A DNA stretch of 64,000 nt, from positions 124,001 to 188,000 of the forward strand of contig NMRA01000077.1 in assembly GCA_002633005.1 (NCBI GenBank). The letters run 5' to 3'. The translations under genes and the position numbers were made by a program. The notes beneath the pieces are model-generated. The model was not told where the DNA came from and did not search any database. It saw only the letters and a list, made by a program, of their open reading frames with translations. This DNA comes from Phoronis australis (Eukaryota; Animalia; Phoronida). Below, piece after piece: positions 36,781-50,188 of this stretch; position 1 is the stretch's first letter, and every line of letters begins with the position of its first letter.

Positions 36781-37729
36781 GAATTTGGCTTGTGAAACTG
36801 TTAGAGAAGAATGGTGCTTTTTAAACAAGAATTTGTTTTAGTGTAGAATGAGAGGTTGTGGCTAACTGTAGCCTTGGTGTCAATTTCGACGATGCGGCCA
36901 TTTTAGCGCACTGGAGAAGACGCTAACAAAATACTATGTCCCTGGCAAATACTGTAACTTGTAGCCATGGCTACACTCTCACTTGAATTTGATCCAATTT
37001 CCTCATGTGAAAACGTATTTGATCCAATTTCCTTATTTGAAAGCATGCCTTGCTGTTTTGAAATTCTATTCAGTGAAACAAATTATGGTTGGGCGGTTGA
37101 TTGAAAATTCAAACACAAAGTGACATTTCACAAAAGTGGTGGTCACATGATTACAATTGTGGGATGTTTTGAGGAAAATTTTCAATCATTGAGGATTCAA
37201 AAAACTATACTGTGAAACATGAAAGGTCTTCATGAAGGTTGGCAATTACCTTGATGATGTCTAATTAAAGATTTTGTCATGCATTACAATTCCCCATGCA
37301 ATGCATTTAGCTTTTTGGCGTTTGTTTAAAGTTTGCATACAAGTGATTGCATTTAAGTTAATCACTTTTCAACCAATACTCATTCCCTTTTAGTTGATTA
37401 TGTGTTACATCCACATCCTGTCAGTGTTCACTTGGTGATGACAGTCTACAGTGTTGTTAAACTACCTTAACTGCCTCATGTGTCTGATCTTGTCTTGATC
37501 ATTCACATGGCAGTAAACAACTTGCAGGGGGTTCTCTGTAATCTATTTCTCAGTGACCATGGCTGTGTTATTGCCTTTAGAACACCGGATTCCTTCGCAT
37601 GAACAAACTCGCTTATGAAGTGGCAAAAGACAGCGGGCTCTTTTGCCAACGTGTGAAGGCTGTGCTAGAGCCTCTTTGTGATGCCTCTTACATTGTGCTG
37701 CTTTATCCCGTTACTGCTTTAGCTTTTCT

Positions 37730-38200
37730 TATTCGCCCACATATTTGATTTTATATGTGGGCGCGTTATACTGTTATCCCTAGCTGTCTGTCCGGTGTAC
37801 GCTGCTCCATCTCCAAAACCCTTTAATGTACGATTCATGAAATGGGATAGCATGGGTGAACTTTTGGACGGATCAGCCTACCACTGTGTCCCCTAGTGGT
37901 AATTTTAGGTTTTTATGTTTACCTCTGTACCTTCAAAGGTCCTGAACAGATTTTCATAAAATGTGGCAAATAGGTGTCGATTAATGAGGTAACACTGTGC
38001 CCCTTGTGACATTTTCATTTTTCGGATTTTCTCTGTTTCTTTGAAGTTCCTTGACAGATTTTTATGAAATTTGGTAAATAGCTTTTTATTAAAGACATGA
38101 TTACATGTTCCCATTTTCGGTTGGACTCAATGTATGTTGCACCATCTAGTGGCCATTTTCACTGTTTTTTTTGGCGTTTGCTCCTCTATCAAATGGAATT
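37730..38200 (+). mobile_element. Helentron-associated (HINE/DINE-1-like) element, partial
   Basis: 5' hairpin CGCCCACATAT...ATATGTGGGCG, GTCT/GTCC micro-repeat, one CCCTAGTGG/CCATCTAGTGGCC unit shared with 40567 and 51070 copies. Confidence 0.6.
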
Positions 38201-39334
38201 GTCTGTGCCTTTGTGTGTGATGTCTCTACCATATTGTGTATATACCTTGTGCTCTGTAACAGCACTAGGATTTATTCTGGCCATGAGAGACAAAGGGAGC
38301 TTACAGTAAAATAGTTCTAATTTCGGACAAAAAATGCTCAATGCCAAAATTGTTTTTTCAATTTTCAATATGGACTATAACATTGTTGTGAATGCCCACA
38401 TGTTTAAATGTTACCTGATGATAATAGTGTTACTGTACTTAAACATGGGAAAGCATTAATTTAGTGCTTCTTATGGAAAATGAAAAAAGAAATTTCACTT
38501 GTTTACCATATTGAGTCCTAAAGTTGTAAGATTTTACCATAGCATTGTTAGGCATCATTCCGCGCGTGTGTGTGTACAGGAAATAAGTTTTAATTGCTTA
38601 AGTAAAGTTACGATGTGTGGTAGCGCATTACAAGCATGTTGCTGTTCCATCTTGTTTTCTTGAATTTTGTGATTTGTGTTGATTTCTTCTTCCGTCCTCG
38701 TAGGGAAATGCTCTTCTGTGTCAAAATGATGTTTTTGGAAAGTCTTCATTTTCATTTTTATTACATCAACTGTTAAAATAGCCAGAGCACTTGTGTGGGT
38801 TTATGAACCTCTTTCATTGTTTAATTTTCTGTGGTAGTGATGCATTTGAGGAGTTACAGATTGACTGAAAACTTTGATATCTCACAGAGGTATTCCGTAA
38901 TGGTAGTAGAGTTTGTTATATTACCATTATTGTTATTTTAATGAGCTGTGGTTCATAAATTGGACAATAAAGTTTAATTAGCATGGTCCTCTGTGGCTTA
39001 AGTTATTAATTGAATGCTTTGCTAATTTAATGAAATTCAATTCATTGATTAAGGGGCAATAGTTTAATTAGTAAAGTCTTCTGATTTGTGATATTAATGT
39101 ATACACTTTTCCATTATAATGAACATCTGTGCATTAGTTATCAATCAATTGTTTAATCACTAGGGTGATGTAATCTATATTATTGTCTTAATGCGAGAGA
39201 GTGTGGTCTAAAGTTTAGAAGTCTCAGGTGTTCTCGATTGTATATCAGTGAGATGCACTTACTTTTGTTGAATTGCAATATAAAAACTGGATGTATTGTT
39301 TATTGTGTTAACATAAAGTTTTATTGTTGTGCAG

Positions 39335-39454
39335 GCTGGACAATGTGTGATCCCAAGGATGATGTGCTGCCACCTTGTGTTGACAGAGTGGAACCAGTCA
39401 TTATGTCCCCTACAGCCCACAGCACATTCAATCTCATCCCAGATGCTATTGCTG
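39335..39454 (+). CDS. N-terminal extension exon (WTMCDPKDD...PDAIA), phase 1-1
   Basis: TTGTGCAG| acceptor, CTG|GTACTG donor, 120 nt open. Confidence 0.65.
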
Positions 39455-39975
39455 GTACTGTTGATTTGTTTTTACTTGGTCTCGTGAAAGGCCATTGTGT
39501 CTAGTATCATTTGAAGATATTGTTGAAAATTGATTCGCGTGTTTTGTAATTGCATTTGGTATTGCAATTTTATGGCTTTTGCAAAATACAAATATGTGTG
39601 TGTGAATACAGAATCAATGCTGCCCTGCAATATTTGACATATGAATATAATATTGGTGAAATTCTTGTAACTGGTATCTGTATCATAATTTCATGTCAAT
39701 AATAATTTGATTCTTTCATGTGAAATCACCTTTGTGAAGATTTATTTTCAATTCTGTCTTAATTACACCAGTTTCTTCTATGAAGTAGTGTTTTCAAAAT
39801 TTAGAGCAAAAGTTCAGTAATTCAATTTTTGTTTTTAGCCACCTAAACAGGGTGATATGCAACTTAAAAGTTTTTGTTGTTTATGTGAAGTCTAGTTGTG
39901 TCAGTAAGTCAATACCAATTATGAGTGCTAAACTAATACTAACGTCCATCTCATGATCAAAATCTCCCGTACCAG

Positions 39976-40236
39976 GTCAGGAAAGGCCCACACAAGAGGC
40001 CAATTCACCAGAGTTGGAATATGCGCCCTCTGTTGACGAAGATACCATAGAGCCTGAAGCCATCACACGCAAAAAGTTTGTGGCCAACGAGCCAATCAGT
40101 GTACACACGGAGCAGCATGGTCTGAGTTATCAAACCAGCCGCGAGTACTTTGGTCAGTCACCCAAGTTGTCACCCATCAGCCCACTCACCCCCTCTTGTG
40201 GCGTGATGTCATATAGCCGGCCTGAGTCCAGTCTTG
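39976..40236 (+). CDS. N-terminal extension exon, Ser/Pro-rich (QERPTQ...SPKLSPISPLTP...ESSL), phase 1-1
   Basis: CCCGTACCAG| acceptor, TTG|GTGTGT donor, 261 nt open, GC-richer than flanks. Confidence 0.8.
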
Positions 40237-40566
40237 GTGTGTTTTGCACGTAGTGAAATGCAGTTTTCAAAAAATGACAAAAATTGCATGTACTTTGTCA
40301 TGACTCAAAAATTTTTCGTATCGAATGTTGGGCAGAAAATTGTGTGAAACCACCACACGCAAAAATTATACAAAACAAGAATGTGGTGAAAAATTGATAG
40401 CAGCATTTACATTGCAGATTAAGTCTAAAAGGCAAATGAATATGAATAAAAAAATTACCATTAATCAGAAAAGATCATCTTGAAATTTCTTTGGTCGGAA
40501 TTTTCTGCAAGAGAGACTTTGTTGTTTTTTGAAAATTGCTGATAGTTGTTGATTTGTTTTGTTATG

Positions 40567-41893
40567 TTTTTATGCGCCCACATATTTATATGTGGTCGCA
40601 TATTGCCGTCATCTCTATCTGGCCGTCCGGCGTCCGTGGCTGTATCTCCTAAACCCATTGCAGGATCTTGTTGAAATTCGGCAAGTGTGTTCCTATGGGG
40701 TTGACGACAGAGGACGACGAGTTTCGATCAGACCCGAATACCACTGTGCCCCCTAGTGGCAATTTTAGTTTTTTATGTTTGCCTCTGTATCTTCAAAGGT
40801 CCTCGACCGATTTTTGTGAAATTTGGCACATAGGAATCTTTCAATAAGTTGATGCTACTCTCTCGTTTTCGGATGGATGCGAAGCATTTTGCACCATCTA
40901 GTGGCCATTTTTACTGTTTTCGAGTTGTTTTTTTTGGCGTCCGCCCCTCTAACAACCAAATCACTTTAAGGATGATTGTGAAAAATTGACATGTATGTTC
41001 TTACTATGAGGAAGACAGTTGATGATTATTTTCCGACAACTTCAACTACAGTGGCGCCTCCTAATGGCAGTTTTGTTTGTTTTTGCGCCCATGGCTGTAT
41101 CTCCTAAACGTTCTACAGAATCTTTATTAAATTAAGCAAATGTATCTATATGAAGTTCACAACGGATGACTACGACTTTCGAACAGATCGGTGCACCGGT
41201 GTTTCCCCTAGTGGCAGTTTTAGTTTCTTTACGTTTACCTCTGTATCTTCAAAGGTCCTCAACGGATTTCCATAAAATTTGGCGCACAGACATCTATTTG
41301 GTGAGATGACGCTATCCTCTCATTCTCGGATGGATTTGTAGTTTGCGCCACCTAGTGGCCATTTTTGTTTTTTTCGAGTCTGTTTTTGGCGTCCGTCCCT
41401 CTGCCAACCAAACCACTCTAAGGGTGATTGTGAAAGTTGGCATGTATGTTCGTTCTATGAAGGGGACAGTTGATGATGATTTTCAGATGACTTCGAGTAT
41501 TGTGGCGCCTCCTAGTGGCGTTTTTTTTTGCACCCATACCTGTATCTCCTGAGCTCTCTGCAGGATCTTTATTAAATTTAGCACGTTTATTTATATGAAA
41601 TTAAATAGAGAAGACGACGACTTTTAGACAGATCCGACGAACACTGTGCCCCCCTAGTGGCAGTTTCATTTTTTTTCATTTTCCTCTGTTTCTCTGAAGT
41701 TCCTCGACGAATTTTTATGAAATTTGGTAAATGGCTTTCTTTTAAAGAAACAATGACATTTTCTGATTTTCAGACGGATTCGACGGATTTTGTGCCATCT
41801 AGTAGTCATTTCGTTAATACAAACAAAACCAATTAAAAGCACACCATTTGCGATGGATTCGTGGACACATTTCTACTCTCCGCGTTGCTCTTG
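40567..41893 (+). mobile_element. HINE/DINE-1-like non-autonomous Helentron with ~3 internal ~450-bp repeats
   Basis: T-tract then hairpin ATGCGCCCACATAT/ATATGTGGTCGCAT, GTCC repeats, units starting CTGTATCTCCT at ~40640, ~41095, ~41540, 3' subTIR GTGGACACAT and end GCTCTTGTT. Confidence 0.72.
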
Positions 41894-42698
41894 TTGCATT
41901 TCTCTTTTGAAGGTTTCAGTTGTTTTGTTAGTGTCTTTATCATCCCTGCTGTATTAATTTCGTACAAAACGTGCAAAGTTGAACACTAATTTTATCTCAG
42001 ATAACACTTCAACAGCTGTTCAGATTTTTTATCAAAAAAAATCAATTTAATCTACGTGAATGGTACCTCCATGTACCGTTTTATTCTGAAGATCACTTTG
42101 CCCAACATAAAATGTGTGTAATTTTAGAGTTCAGGCATGATGTCCAATACACAGTACTCTGTTTAGTCGATACCCCTAAATTGCATTGATTAGTAGTTAA
42201 AATATCCAGGTTGTACTGAGAGGTTTAGAAAAATGGTAAACTTATAGTTCAATGAAATTCCAAAACGTTGAGTTTTCTATTAAATTATTATTCATAATCT
42301 ATTTATCGAGTTTGTAAAGGTTTTAGTACCATTCAGTTGTTCAAAATTGTGCATTTTTACCACAATGGCATGTCATGTTAACTTTCAAAATATAGTATGC
42401 GGCAGGGTTGACTTGGCCACAAAACTGACTTCTCACCTTCTCATAATTGGCTTTTCACTTTCAACATTCTTCACAATTTTTATGTTTTCTTCAAGGTCAT
42501 TTCTGCTGTAACTTGCATGTTGGTGTGTCCTTCATTCTGCGTGTGTTCTGTTGTACCCACGTTGAGTTGTTTACTAAATGTTTTGTTCTTAAAGAAATAT
42601 TTCAAGATTTTTGGTTATGTTAGCAAACGTAAATGCTTGAAATGGCTTTTTTAATTAGAAACACGTATAGTCTTTAATTAGAGCATTGCGAAGAGAGT

Positions 42699-42829
42699 CA
42701 ATGTCACATCAAGTCATCCTCATACAATGTCACATCAAGTCATCCTCATACAATGTCACATCAAGTCATCCTCATACAATGTCACATCAAGTCATCCTCA
42801 TACAATGTCACATCAAGTCATCCTCATAC
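42699..42829. repeat. 26-bp minisatellite x5
   Basis: Unit CAATGTCACATCAAGTCATCCTCATA. Confidence 0.95.
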
Positions 42830-43788
42830 TGTTTCTGCCTATGCTAAAGTCTGTGTATTTGTGGCTATATATTTTTAAAATGGTGTGGATATTTTCTATG
42901 GTCCTTTGAACTGTTCGTCGTCATTCGACGTTCATTTAGACTGCAGATAATGTAACTGTTGAGGTTGCTGGACATGAGTTTGGCAAATGAGACGGTTAGA
43001 ATTCAAATTATACCAAATTTTTGTGTGTTATACATCGGAATGAATTATGAAAATTGTTTATGCTACAAATACTTGCATTCTCTTGTAATGATGGCGGTAT
43101 ATCGTGTTCCCGGAAATGCATGTCCCTGGAAAAGTGACTCTTTGACAATCAAATGCTAATGACCCTCTGCGTTTTTGTAGAAAACGTGCTAAACTGTAAA
43201 ATCTTGAGAAACCTTCAATTCCAAACCAATTGAAAGCGATAAAAAACCCACATACAATTGGCTTTTGAAATTGACGTCCAAGGTCAGTGAAAGCAGTTTT
43301 TTTGTGAACTAGACAGATTTTGGCAGAATTCTGTCAGACTCTGCCGAACTTGGATAAACTCTTGTCAGAATTATTACTTTTGCTTTAATAAAGTAACGTG
43401 TTGTGGAACTTTTGTCGGAGGTTGATGTGACTTTCAGACTTATGTAGTAAGTTGTGATTTTGGCAATGCATGGAGCAACACGTGTCAAGATTTTGGGAAG
43501 TTTCAACTGAGCTTGTTACATAATACAAGTGAGTGGTAGTGATGTCATATCTCTGTCTTGTAAAACATGGCCAAGTCTCTCAAACACTTGCTTCGTCTCA
43601 TCAAATTCTCTTGAAAATAGCCCAGGACTTAATTGGTAGCAACCAACTTCTGCGACACCTGGTGGTATGTGCCAGAGTTAATATTTTCTTAAATCACTCT
43701 TGATAATCTCCATCAGTATTTCTCGTGCACTGTATTCTACGAGACATCTTATAGCTCAACCTTATGGATTTTGTGTTTGCTCTTGCAG

Positions 43789-43926
43789 GTAGTGAGCCCA
43801 GCCCCACAGGCGTTCTCACCCCACCTCGTCTCAACCTGTCTCAAGTGAGTGCTGATGTGCACCAGGGCACAAGCTATGATCACCCTGTGGCTGAGGATGA
43901 GAGAAGCTCTGTCGACTCTGGAACAG
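43789..43926 (+). CDS. Exon just upstream of HSPA12 core (SEPSPTGVLTPPRL...SSVDSGT), phase 1-1
   Basis: TCTTGCAG| acceptor, CAG|GTAAAG donor; TGVLTP resembles the TGITP segment of the vertebrate HSPA12A N-terminus as I recall it. Confidence 0.85.
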
Positions 43927-44379
43927 GTAAAGCACGGAACATTTACAGACCTACTGGTCGCATCTCTTCAGGACAAACCCAATGCTATATCTTTCCTCGT
44001 GGTCAATGTGTCTTTAATAGAACTTGTGGTAAACCTGCAGCCATCTAGTCTCACCCAGTATTTTGTTGGCGCTTGCTAATGTCAACTTGGCTATTGTGTT
44101 CTTGTTGTTGGTGTACTAACTGACGTTTCTGGACCAAGGAATAGTTGATTCTGGTCTCTGGTTGGTTTGGAAAGCGAGTTGGGGATGCAGTATTTTTAAT
44201 GGCCCAGTCTCTTAAAAAATAAAATCACCTGAAACGAGCAAAATGGCACAATTTTTTTACTCATCTCTTAACAAATCATGGCTTACCTTTGGTTACGTGC
44301 CTTTGAGCAGCCTTTCATAAACTGATTTGGGTGAGTGTTTTTTTTTTTGAGTAACCTCAAAAAGAGGTGGGGTTGAGGC

Positions 44380-45110
44380 CAGAGTCAACTATGCTTTTTG
44401 GGCCTTACAAGTGTCTGGATGATATGTAAGCTATTCTGATGGACAGTATTGGGTATCGATGATATTGGTTCCAAATGGTGTCGTTAGATGTCCAAAACAT
44501 TATACCACTTGTACTCCTGATGAGTTGTCAGGTTATTCAAAGAGTTACCCTGTACCTTCATCATGGAGATGTTAAGAGTGTCTCCATCAAACTTTAACTT
44601 GTTATCAGTGCCATTTGTGTCATTGGAAGCAAATGCAGAAGTGGAGGGGTTATTGCAGTTACAGAGATATCAATCTCTTGGGTGTATGGCCTCTTAATTT
44701 GTTTGTGTCTCGCCATTCCGAAACTGAAAGTCTAGGGAGTGTGGCCCATTAATTTGTTTATATCGCTAATATCTGTTTCATTTTCTGTGATAATTGTGAA
44801 CAGTCATGAAAAAAGCATAAGTAATGTTGGGAGTCACACGCATTAAATAAGTTATTATTTCAGATTGCACATTAGTATTTCAAATGTTCATCCACCAAAT
44901 ATAAGCTTTCAGTGTTTTTGTGGTTTTGCTGCAAAACCTTGTTGAAACTATTACAATGATGACCAATGCAAGTTGACTGAATATAATCAAGATGATTGAC
45001 CTTAGCTGACATCTACAGGTTGAAGGTGCAACATGCACAAGACGACAAACATTACGTAGAAGTACATATTTGGTGGACATACATTTGAAATAAGAATTTG
45101 CCATTTGAGA
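44380..45110 (-). mobile_element. Decayed LINE reverse transcriptase remnant
   Basis: Minus strand GF-like/T..T motif (~44930), FASNDT (~FADDT, ~44625) and a downstream W..I motif (~44470) in expected order; heavily disrupted. Confidence 0.35.
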
Positions 45111-45124
45111 TTGATAAAATGTTA

Positions 45125-45354
45125 CGGTGGAATCTCACCAATTCCGAACAAAAATAATTCCTCAAATTACGTTATTTCATTTTATTCTTGTGAATACCCA
45201 CAATTTTTCAAAATATTTTCTCTTTTTAGCTATGATACAGAAATTGTGAACACGGTAAAGTGTGAATTTGATGCTGCACATCATTTATGAAAAAATGAGA
45301 AAATAAGATTTCACTTGTCTGCCATACCAAGTCCTAAATGGTGAGATTCTACTG
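45125..45354. mobile_element. Tc1/mariner (pogo-like) MITE, 230 bp
   Basis: TA-CGGTGGAATCTCACCAATT ... AAATGGTGAGATTCTACTG-TA. Confidence 0.72.
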
Positions 45355-45768
45355 TAATAGTGTCCCTTGTGTGGCTAAATTATCTGTGTGATGAAGCTTA
45401 TGTCATCTAACCAGAGGACGCATAAGTGTCTTATCCTTCAATCCTGAAGTCTACACTTGCACCCACTGGTCATGAGATGCCTAAATATTTGTTCCTGTAG
45501 TTGCCAAATGTATCTGTTCTTGTAGGTCTCCAACTGTCTTGCTGTTTCCAATGTCAGTCAGAAGACATGTTTATAATTATCTAGCTGTTCCTACAGTTTC
45601 TAAATGGTGCAATAATCTTCTCATCATCAGAAGATACATTGGTATCTGCTCCTACTGTAGCTAAATCACTGTGATGAAACTTCTACCTTCTGTCCAAAAG
45701 ACGCTTTGATATTCATTCCTTTGGTCTCTTTTCCGGTTCTGTTTTGATACTCATGTGTTTAGTTTCAG

Positions 45769-45909
45769 GTTCCGACCCAATACGCCATCAAGGCCATTTT
45801 GTCGTGGTCGCCATTGATTTTGGCACCACATTCAGTGGGTACTGCTTCAGTTTCACTCGTGACCCTGAGTCTATTCACATGATGAGGAAGTGGGAAGGTG
45901 GTGATCCTG
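45769..45909 (+). CDS. HSPA12A: HSPA12 core exon 1 (phosphate-1 motif [12 protein letters not shown] ... MRKWEGGDP)
   Basis: Hsp70 DFGTT motif plus HSPA12-specific WEGGDPG; TTTCAG| and CTG|GTCAGT; phase 1-1. Confidence 0.96.
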
Positions 45910-46709
45910 GTCAGTTAAGTTTAAATTTGTGACAGTTATGTGATTCTGTCAAGTCTGTTGTTTTGTTTCATTTAATTCCAGCCCTCATTTAATTCCAGCC
46001 CGTTTCACGTCACCTTGTACTTCATTATGAAATAGAGCTGCTATCAACAAGAAGGCTGTTTGTGAGGAGTGCTGATCTAAGGTCCTTTTGTGTAGGCTAG
46101 AGCAGTTACTGCAATGGCGATCACTTCACAAGATTAACTCACGGCTGAAATAAATGAATATGCCATGAACTAAAACTGCTGATTTTTCAAACTGCCTGAC
46201 TTCTGAAATTTAATTATTTGTCAAAAGTTATGCTAGGGTCATTTTTTACTCAAAAAAGTGCCATAAATATTATTCAAAGTAAATGCGTTAGATTTTTGTT
46301 CTGTAGTAACTCTTGGAACCGTAATAGATGATTGGCATTTGAGTCATGGTGCTGGACACAAGACCGTGAGAACTGACATGTTATTGTTGCTGAAGACTGG
46401 ATCAATTGGAATAAACAAGCTATTCGTTTTGTGCACTTCACATGTCACGTTACTTTTTTGGCCAATGCATTTGGCGTCGTGCAACAATCAAAACTTATCC
46501 AGTTTTATACAACTTAGCTAAAGAACTATCGTTGAAATTCAGCTGGTTCCCTGACCCAAAGCTAAATGAAGATACTGGTTGGTGTATTTGGACTACGTGT
46601 ACATGTTGTAATATTAGGAGTGGTATTGACAAGCAAGTGTAGTGATGGTATCAGCAATGTCCGTCACTTATAGTGGTAAACTAATCTCTTTACACGTATG
46701 ACATTTCAG

Positions 46710-46873
46710 GTGTAATCAATCAGAAAACACCGACCTGTCTACTGATGACTCCCAGTGGAGAGTTCCACTCGTTTGGCTTCGCCGCGCGGGATTTCTTCCA
46801 CGACCTTGACCCTCAGGAGTCCAAGAAGTGGCTGTATTTCGAGAAGTTCAAGATGGCTCTCCACTACAATGCT
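46710..46873 (+). CDS. HSPA12A: HSPA12 core exon 2 (NQKTPT...[17 protein letters not shown]...EKFKM)
   Basis: Close match to HSPA12A; TTTCAG| and GCT|GTAGGA; phase 1-0. Confidence 0.96.
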
Positions 46874-47557
46874 GTAGGATTTGTCACTCATAATGGGCAT
46901 GTTTTACTAAAACGGCAAAAATATCTTCTGGCCAATTAGATACAAAGTGCTGGACGTAAATTCTCGTTGGCTGCCATCTTCCAGTTTTTGTTGTGTGCTG
47001 TCTCCTCTCCTTCATAATCGTGACCAACGTAATATTTGAGTATCCAGGAAAATACTTGGCAGTATTATTTGCATGTTGTTAGCTTGTACCAAGTGTCGTC
47101 ACTGATGTTTGGATTACTTAAATACATTTCTGTCTAACGGGAAATTTGTTTCAATTAATTGATTTTCAAAACACCAAATGCAAAAACTGGATCAGTAAGA
47201 ACCTGTCTTTCCTCACAGTTTTAAAAGTTAAATCCTGGCTTTGATTGCCAACGGCAGGCATGTCTTGGTCATGTGACATTTCGTGACTAGCCTATATCTT
47301 CCGTATTGTATTTACTCAGTGCCAAGGGAATTATCAATTATGAAAATCTTCGCAAAATTGGAAGTATTTCGAGGCTCCTAATTTCCTGCAAAACTAATTA
47401 TTGAATAAAAAAACGTGTGTAAAATTTTGGGATTGCTTCAACCTTAGGCAAAATATCCTCACCTCAAATTTAAACCGAGGAAAATTAAAAAAACATGCCA
47501 CAGAATTCAGTTGAATTGTTTTTTGTTGTATATTATCATGGCATCTTCCTTCTTCAG

Positions 47558-47779
47558 GATCTTGGTAAAGACACTATGCTCAAGGCAAGTAATGGTAAAC
47601 AGGTGCCTGCCCTCTCTGTCTTCTCGTACGCGCTGAGGTTCTTCAAAGAACACGCTCTTCAGGAGCTAACTGACCAATCAGCTACCAAGATCCTCAATGA
47701 GGACGTGCGATGGGTCATCACAGTGCCTGCCATTTGGAAAGAACCAGCCAAACACTTCATGAGGACCGCTGCTTATCAA
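47558..47779 (+). CDS. HSPA12A: HSPA12 core exon 3 (RWVITVPAIWKEPAKHFMRTAAYQ)
   Basis: Hsp70 TVPA motif; CTTCAG| and CAA|GTAGGG; phase 0-0. Confidence 0.96.
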
Positions 47780-48811
47780 GTAGGGAAATATATTCGGTTT
47801 TGTAGTTAGTCTTGTGTGTTTTGAATTTAATTAGAATGATAAAAAATGTCCAAATTTGACTAACTTCAGAACATTATATCTTTGATATTCAGTGTTCTTG
47901 GCTTATATGACAATAAAGGGTAACCTTTTTAAAGTTTATGGGTTGTTCTTAAATTTTTAGGTTTTTAGGATTTTTTAGGTTTGGCAACTACAAAATCTGC
48001 AAAGTGAAGTGTAGTCACAAAAATAGCTCTTTCGTTGCACCGTCATAAACAGAGGCATCAAGGGATTTTTAGTACCTTGAATTCTAGCGTTTTGGTTTTA
48101 CTCAAAAAGTAACGCTGTTAATTTTTTTTCTTTCATCTCCTATTTTGGCAACTTATGTGTTCGTGAGATGAGGAAAAGAAATGTGGGGGGTGACCAACTT
48201 GGTTTTTTTGAGCTCAAACAGCTTCCTACAAGAGTGCACAATTTGACATTTCCCAAAAACGTACCAATTTCAAGATGGTGACTATTGGTAAATTGTTGAG
48301 ATGGTGCAGTAAGTTAAATTGATTTGAATTGGAAAGGTTTCTTCTTGAATAAATTCAAATTTGCTGTTTTACCAGGAATTAAGTCACTTGCAATGTCTAC
48401 ACTTGTGTTTAGGTTGGATGATGTGCGCTATCTATAATTATAATAAAAAGTCCAATGCAAACTTAGCATTTTTCAAATCAAGTAAAATTTATTTGAAAAA
48501 TATAATAATCAAATGTTTTTATAATTTAGTTGATGTCGTAAAACAGTGACTGCTATGCAGATTTTAGCAAACTGTATTGAACTCCTTTAAAACGCAATGG
48601 GACAGTTCCAACCAATTGTTTTTGTCCAAAACCGCTGAGATTTTGCCATATTTAGAATAGTCCTAAGCAATATTTGTGGTTCGCTGATGTGCCTAAGACA
48701 TTGTGCATCTGAGTGAAATTCTCTACTCTTCTGATAGATGGCAGTAGGATTTGTTTATCCACCATGACTGATACACTACCAGTCTCTTTGAAATGCTTAA
48801 TACTATCCTAG

Positions 48812-49007
48812 GCTGGCATTGCCTCATCAGAGTTCCCAGACCAGCTCTTAATAGCACTGGAACCCGAAGCTGCCTCCATTTTCTGTCGCAAGCTGAGAAT
48901 GCACCAGCTCGTTCCAGATGTGCCGCCACCAAAGCGCCCCCTGTCACCTAAAAAGGATAACCATGAACCTTTGAACATGGATCCGTTGGCAGAACACTTT
49001 CATGAAG
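48812..49007 (+). CDS. HSPA12A: HSPA12 core exon 4 ([28 protein letters not shown]), absent from ORF track
   Basis: Hand translation gives connect-1 motif LEPEAAS; CCTAG| and AAG|GTATGG; phase 0-1. Confidence 0.96.
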
Positions 49008-50050
49008 GTATGGCGCAGCAGGATGTATGCTGCGACTTAACATGCTTTAGAAGTTGTTTGCAGTGTGGATTTTGATTTTGTGGCTTGTATTGTTTGCACG
49101 GTGTTGACTTTTAGGAATGTCGATTTAAGGTGCATTTATCTGAAGTTAAATGTAATGGCTAGGGGTCTAACCTCCGAACTAATGAACTAAAAATTTTTTT
49201 GACTTTTTCTGTATTATTTACGAACTCGTAAGTGTTTATGATGGTGTGCTCAAGTATGTAATAGTTGAATTCCTAGTCAACTTCGCAACCTTTTTTAATT
49301 TTACCTTTTCTAAAAATACAAATCGCTGGTTATCTTGGAGAGACTTTTTCCTTATTTGCTGTTCCACTGCCATGTATTAAAATCCATGCATCTATAGAAA
49401 GTGACATAAACGGGCCTGCCTTCGGGTTCAACATTCGCTTCTGTTGAGCAACCTCAAATGACTGGCATAAAAGTTGTAGTGAGTAGGACATTAGCTGTTT
49501 TTACAAGAGGAACAATTGTCACGCTGCAAGTTGTCACAGCGTGAATTGTTCCACTTAATCACATTTACATGCTAGAGTTTAATCTGGATCAGGATAAATC
49601 AGTTACATGAAGACTGTCTGCGCATGTTCGGATAAACAATAGCGAATCTGGAAACCACATGGAATACCAAAGGATCACTCACATATATGCTATTATACAA
49701 GTGTAACAGAGATGGTCCCTCCACCTTGCCCCAGTTAGTGTTTAGACGTGTAGTTATCACTAGAACAACTGTTCAAATGCAACTTGATGTACCTCTCAAA
49801 CTGTGGTGTCGAAAATGGCCGCCGCGATGTCATCTTGCTGCGTGTCAGTCGTGTTTACACAGTCACCCAATTATACCTGATCACCTGTTCCATGTTAGGT
49901 GCTCCGTATCAAGTGCACCTCGTGTAAATGTGGTTGTTGTGTTTGCTGAATGGAACAAGTGCAGAACCAAATGGCAGACCTTTTGCTGACCCGTTAACGT
50001 CACTGTCTATTGTTGCATGGTTACTGAATACCCTTTTGGCAAACTGTTAC

Positions 50051-50188
50051 CAGGGACGCATCCAGGATTTTTATTTAGGGGGAGCCAGGGCAGAGTATTA
50101 GCCAGGATTTTGCCGAACTGTCAAATGGAATCTAGGAAACTTTTAGGGGGACCATGGCCCACTTGGCTCCCCTCTAAATCCGCCAATG
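50051..50188. mobile_element. Short hAT-like MITE with 5-bp TSD GTTAC
   Basis: GTTAC-CAGGGACGCATCCAGGA ... CTCTAAATCCGCCAATG-GTTAC; degenerate CAG..GCGGAT termini. Confidence 0.6.
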
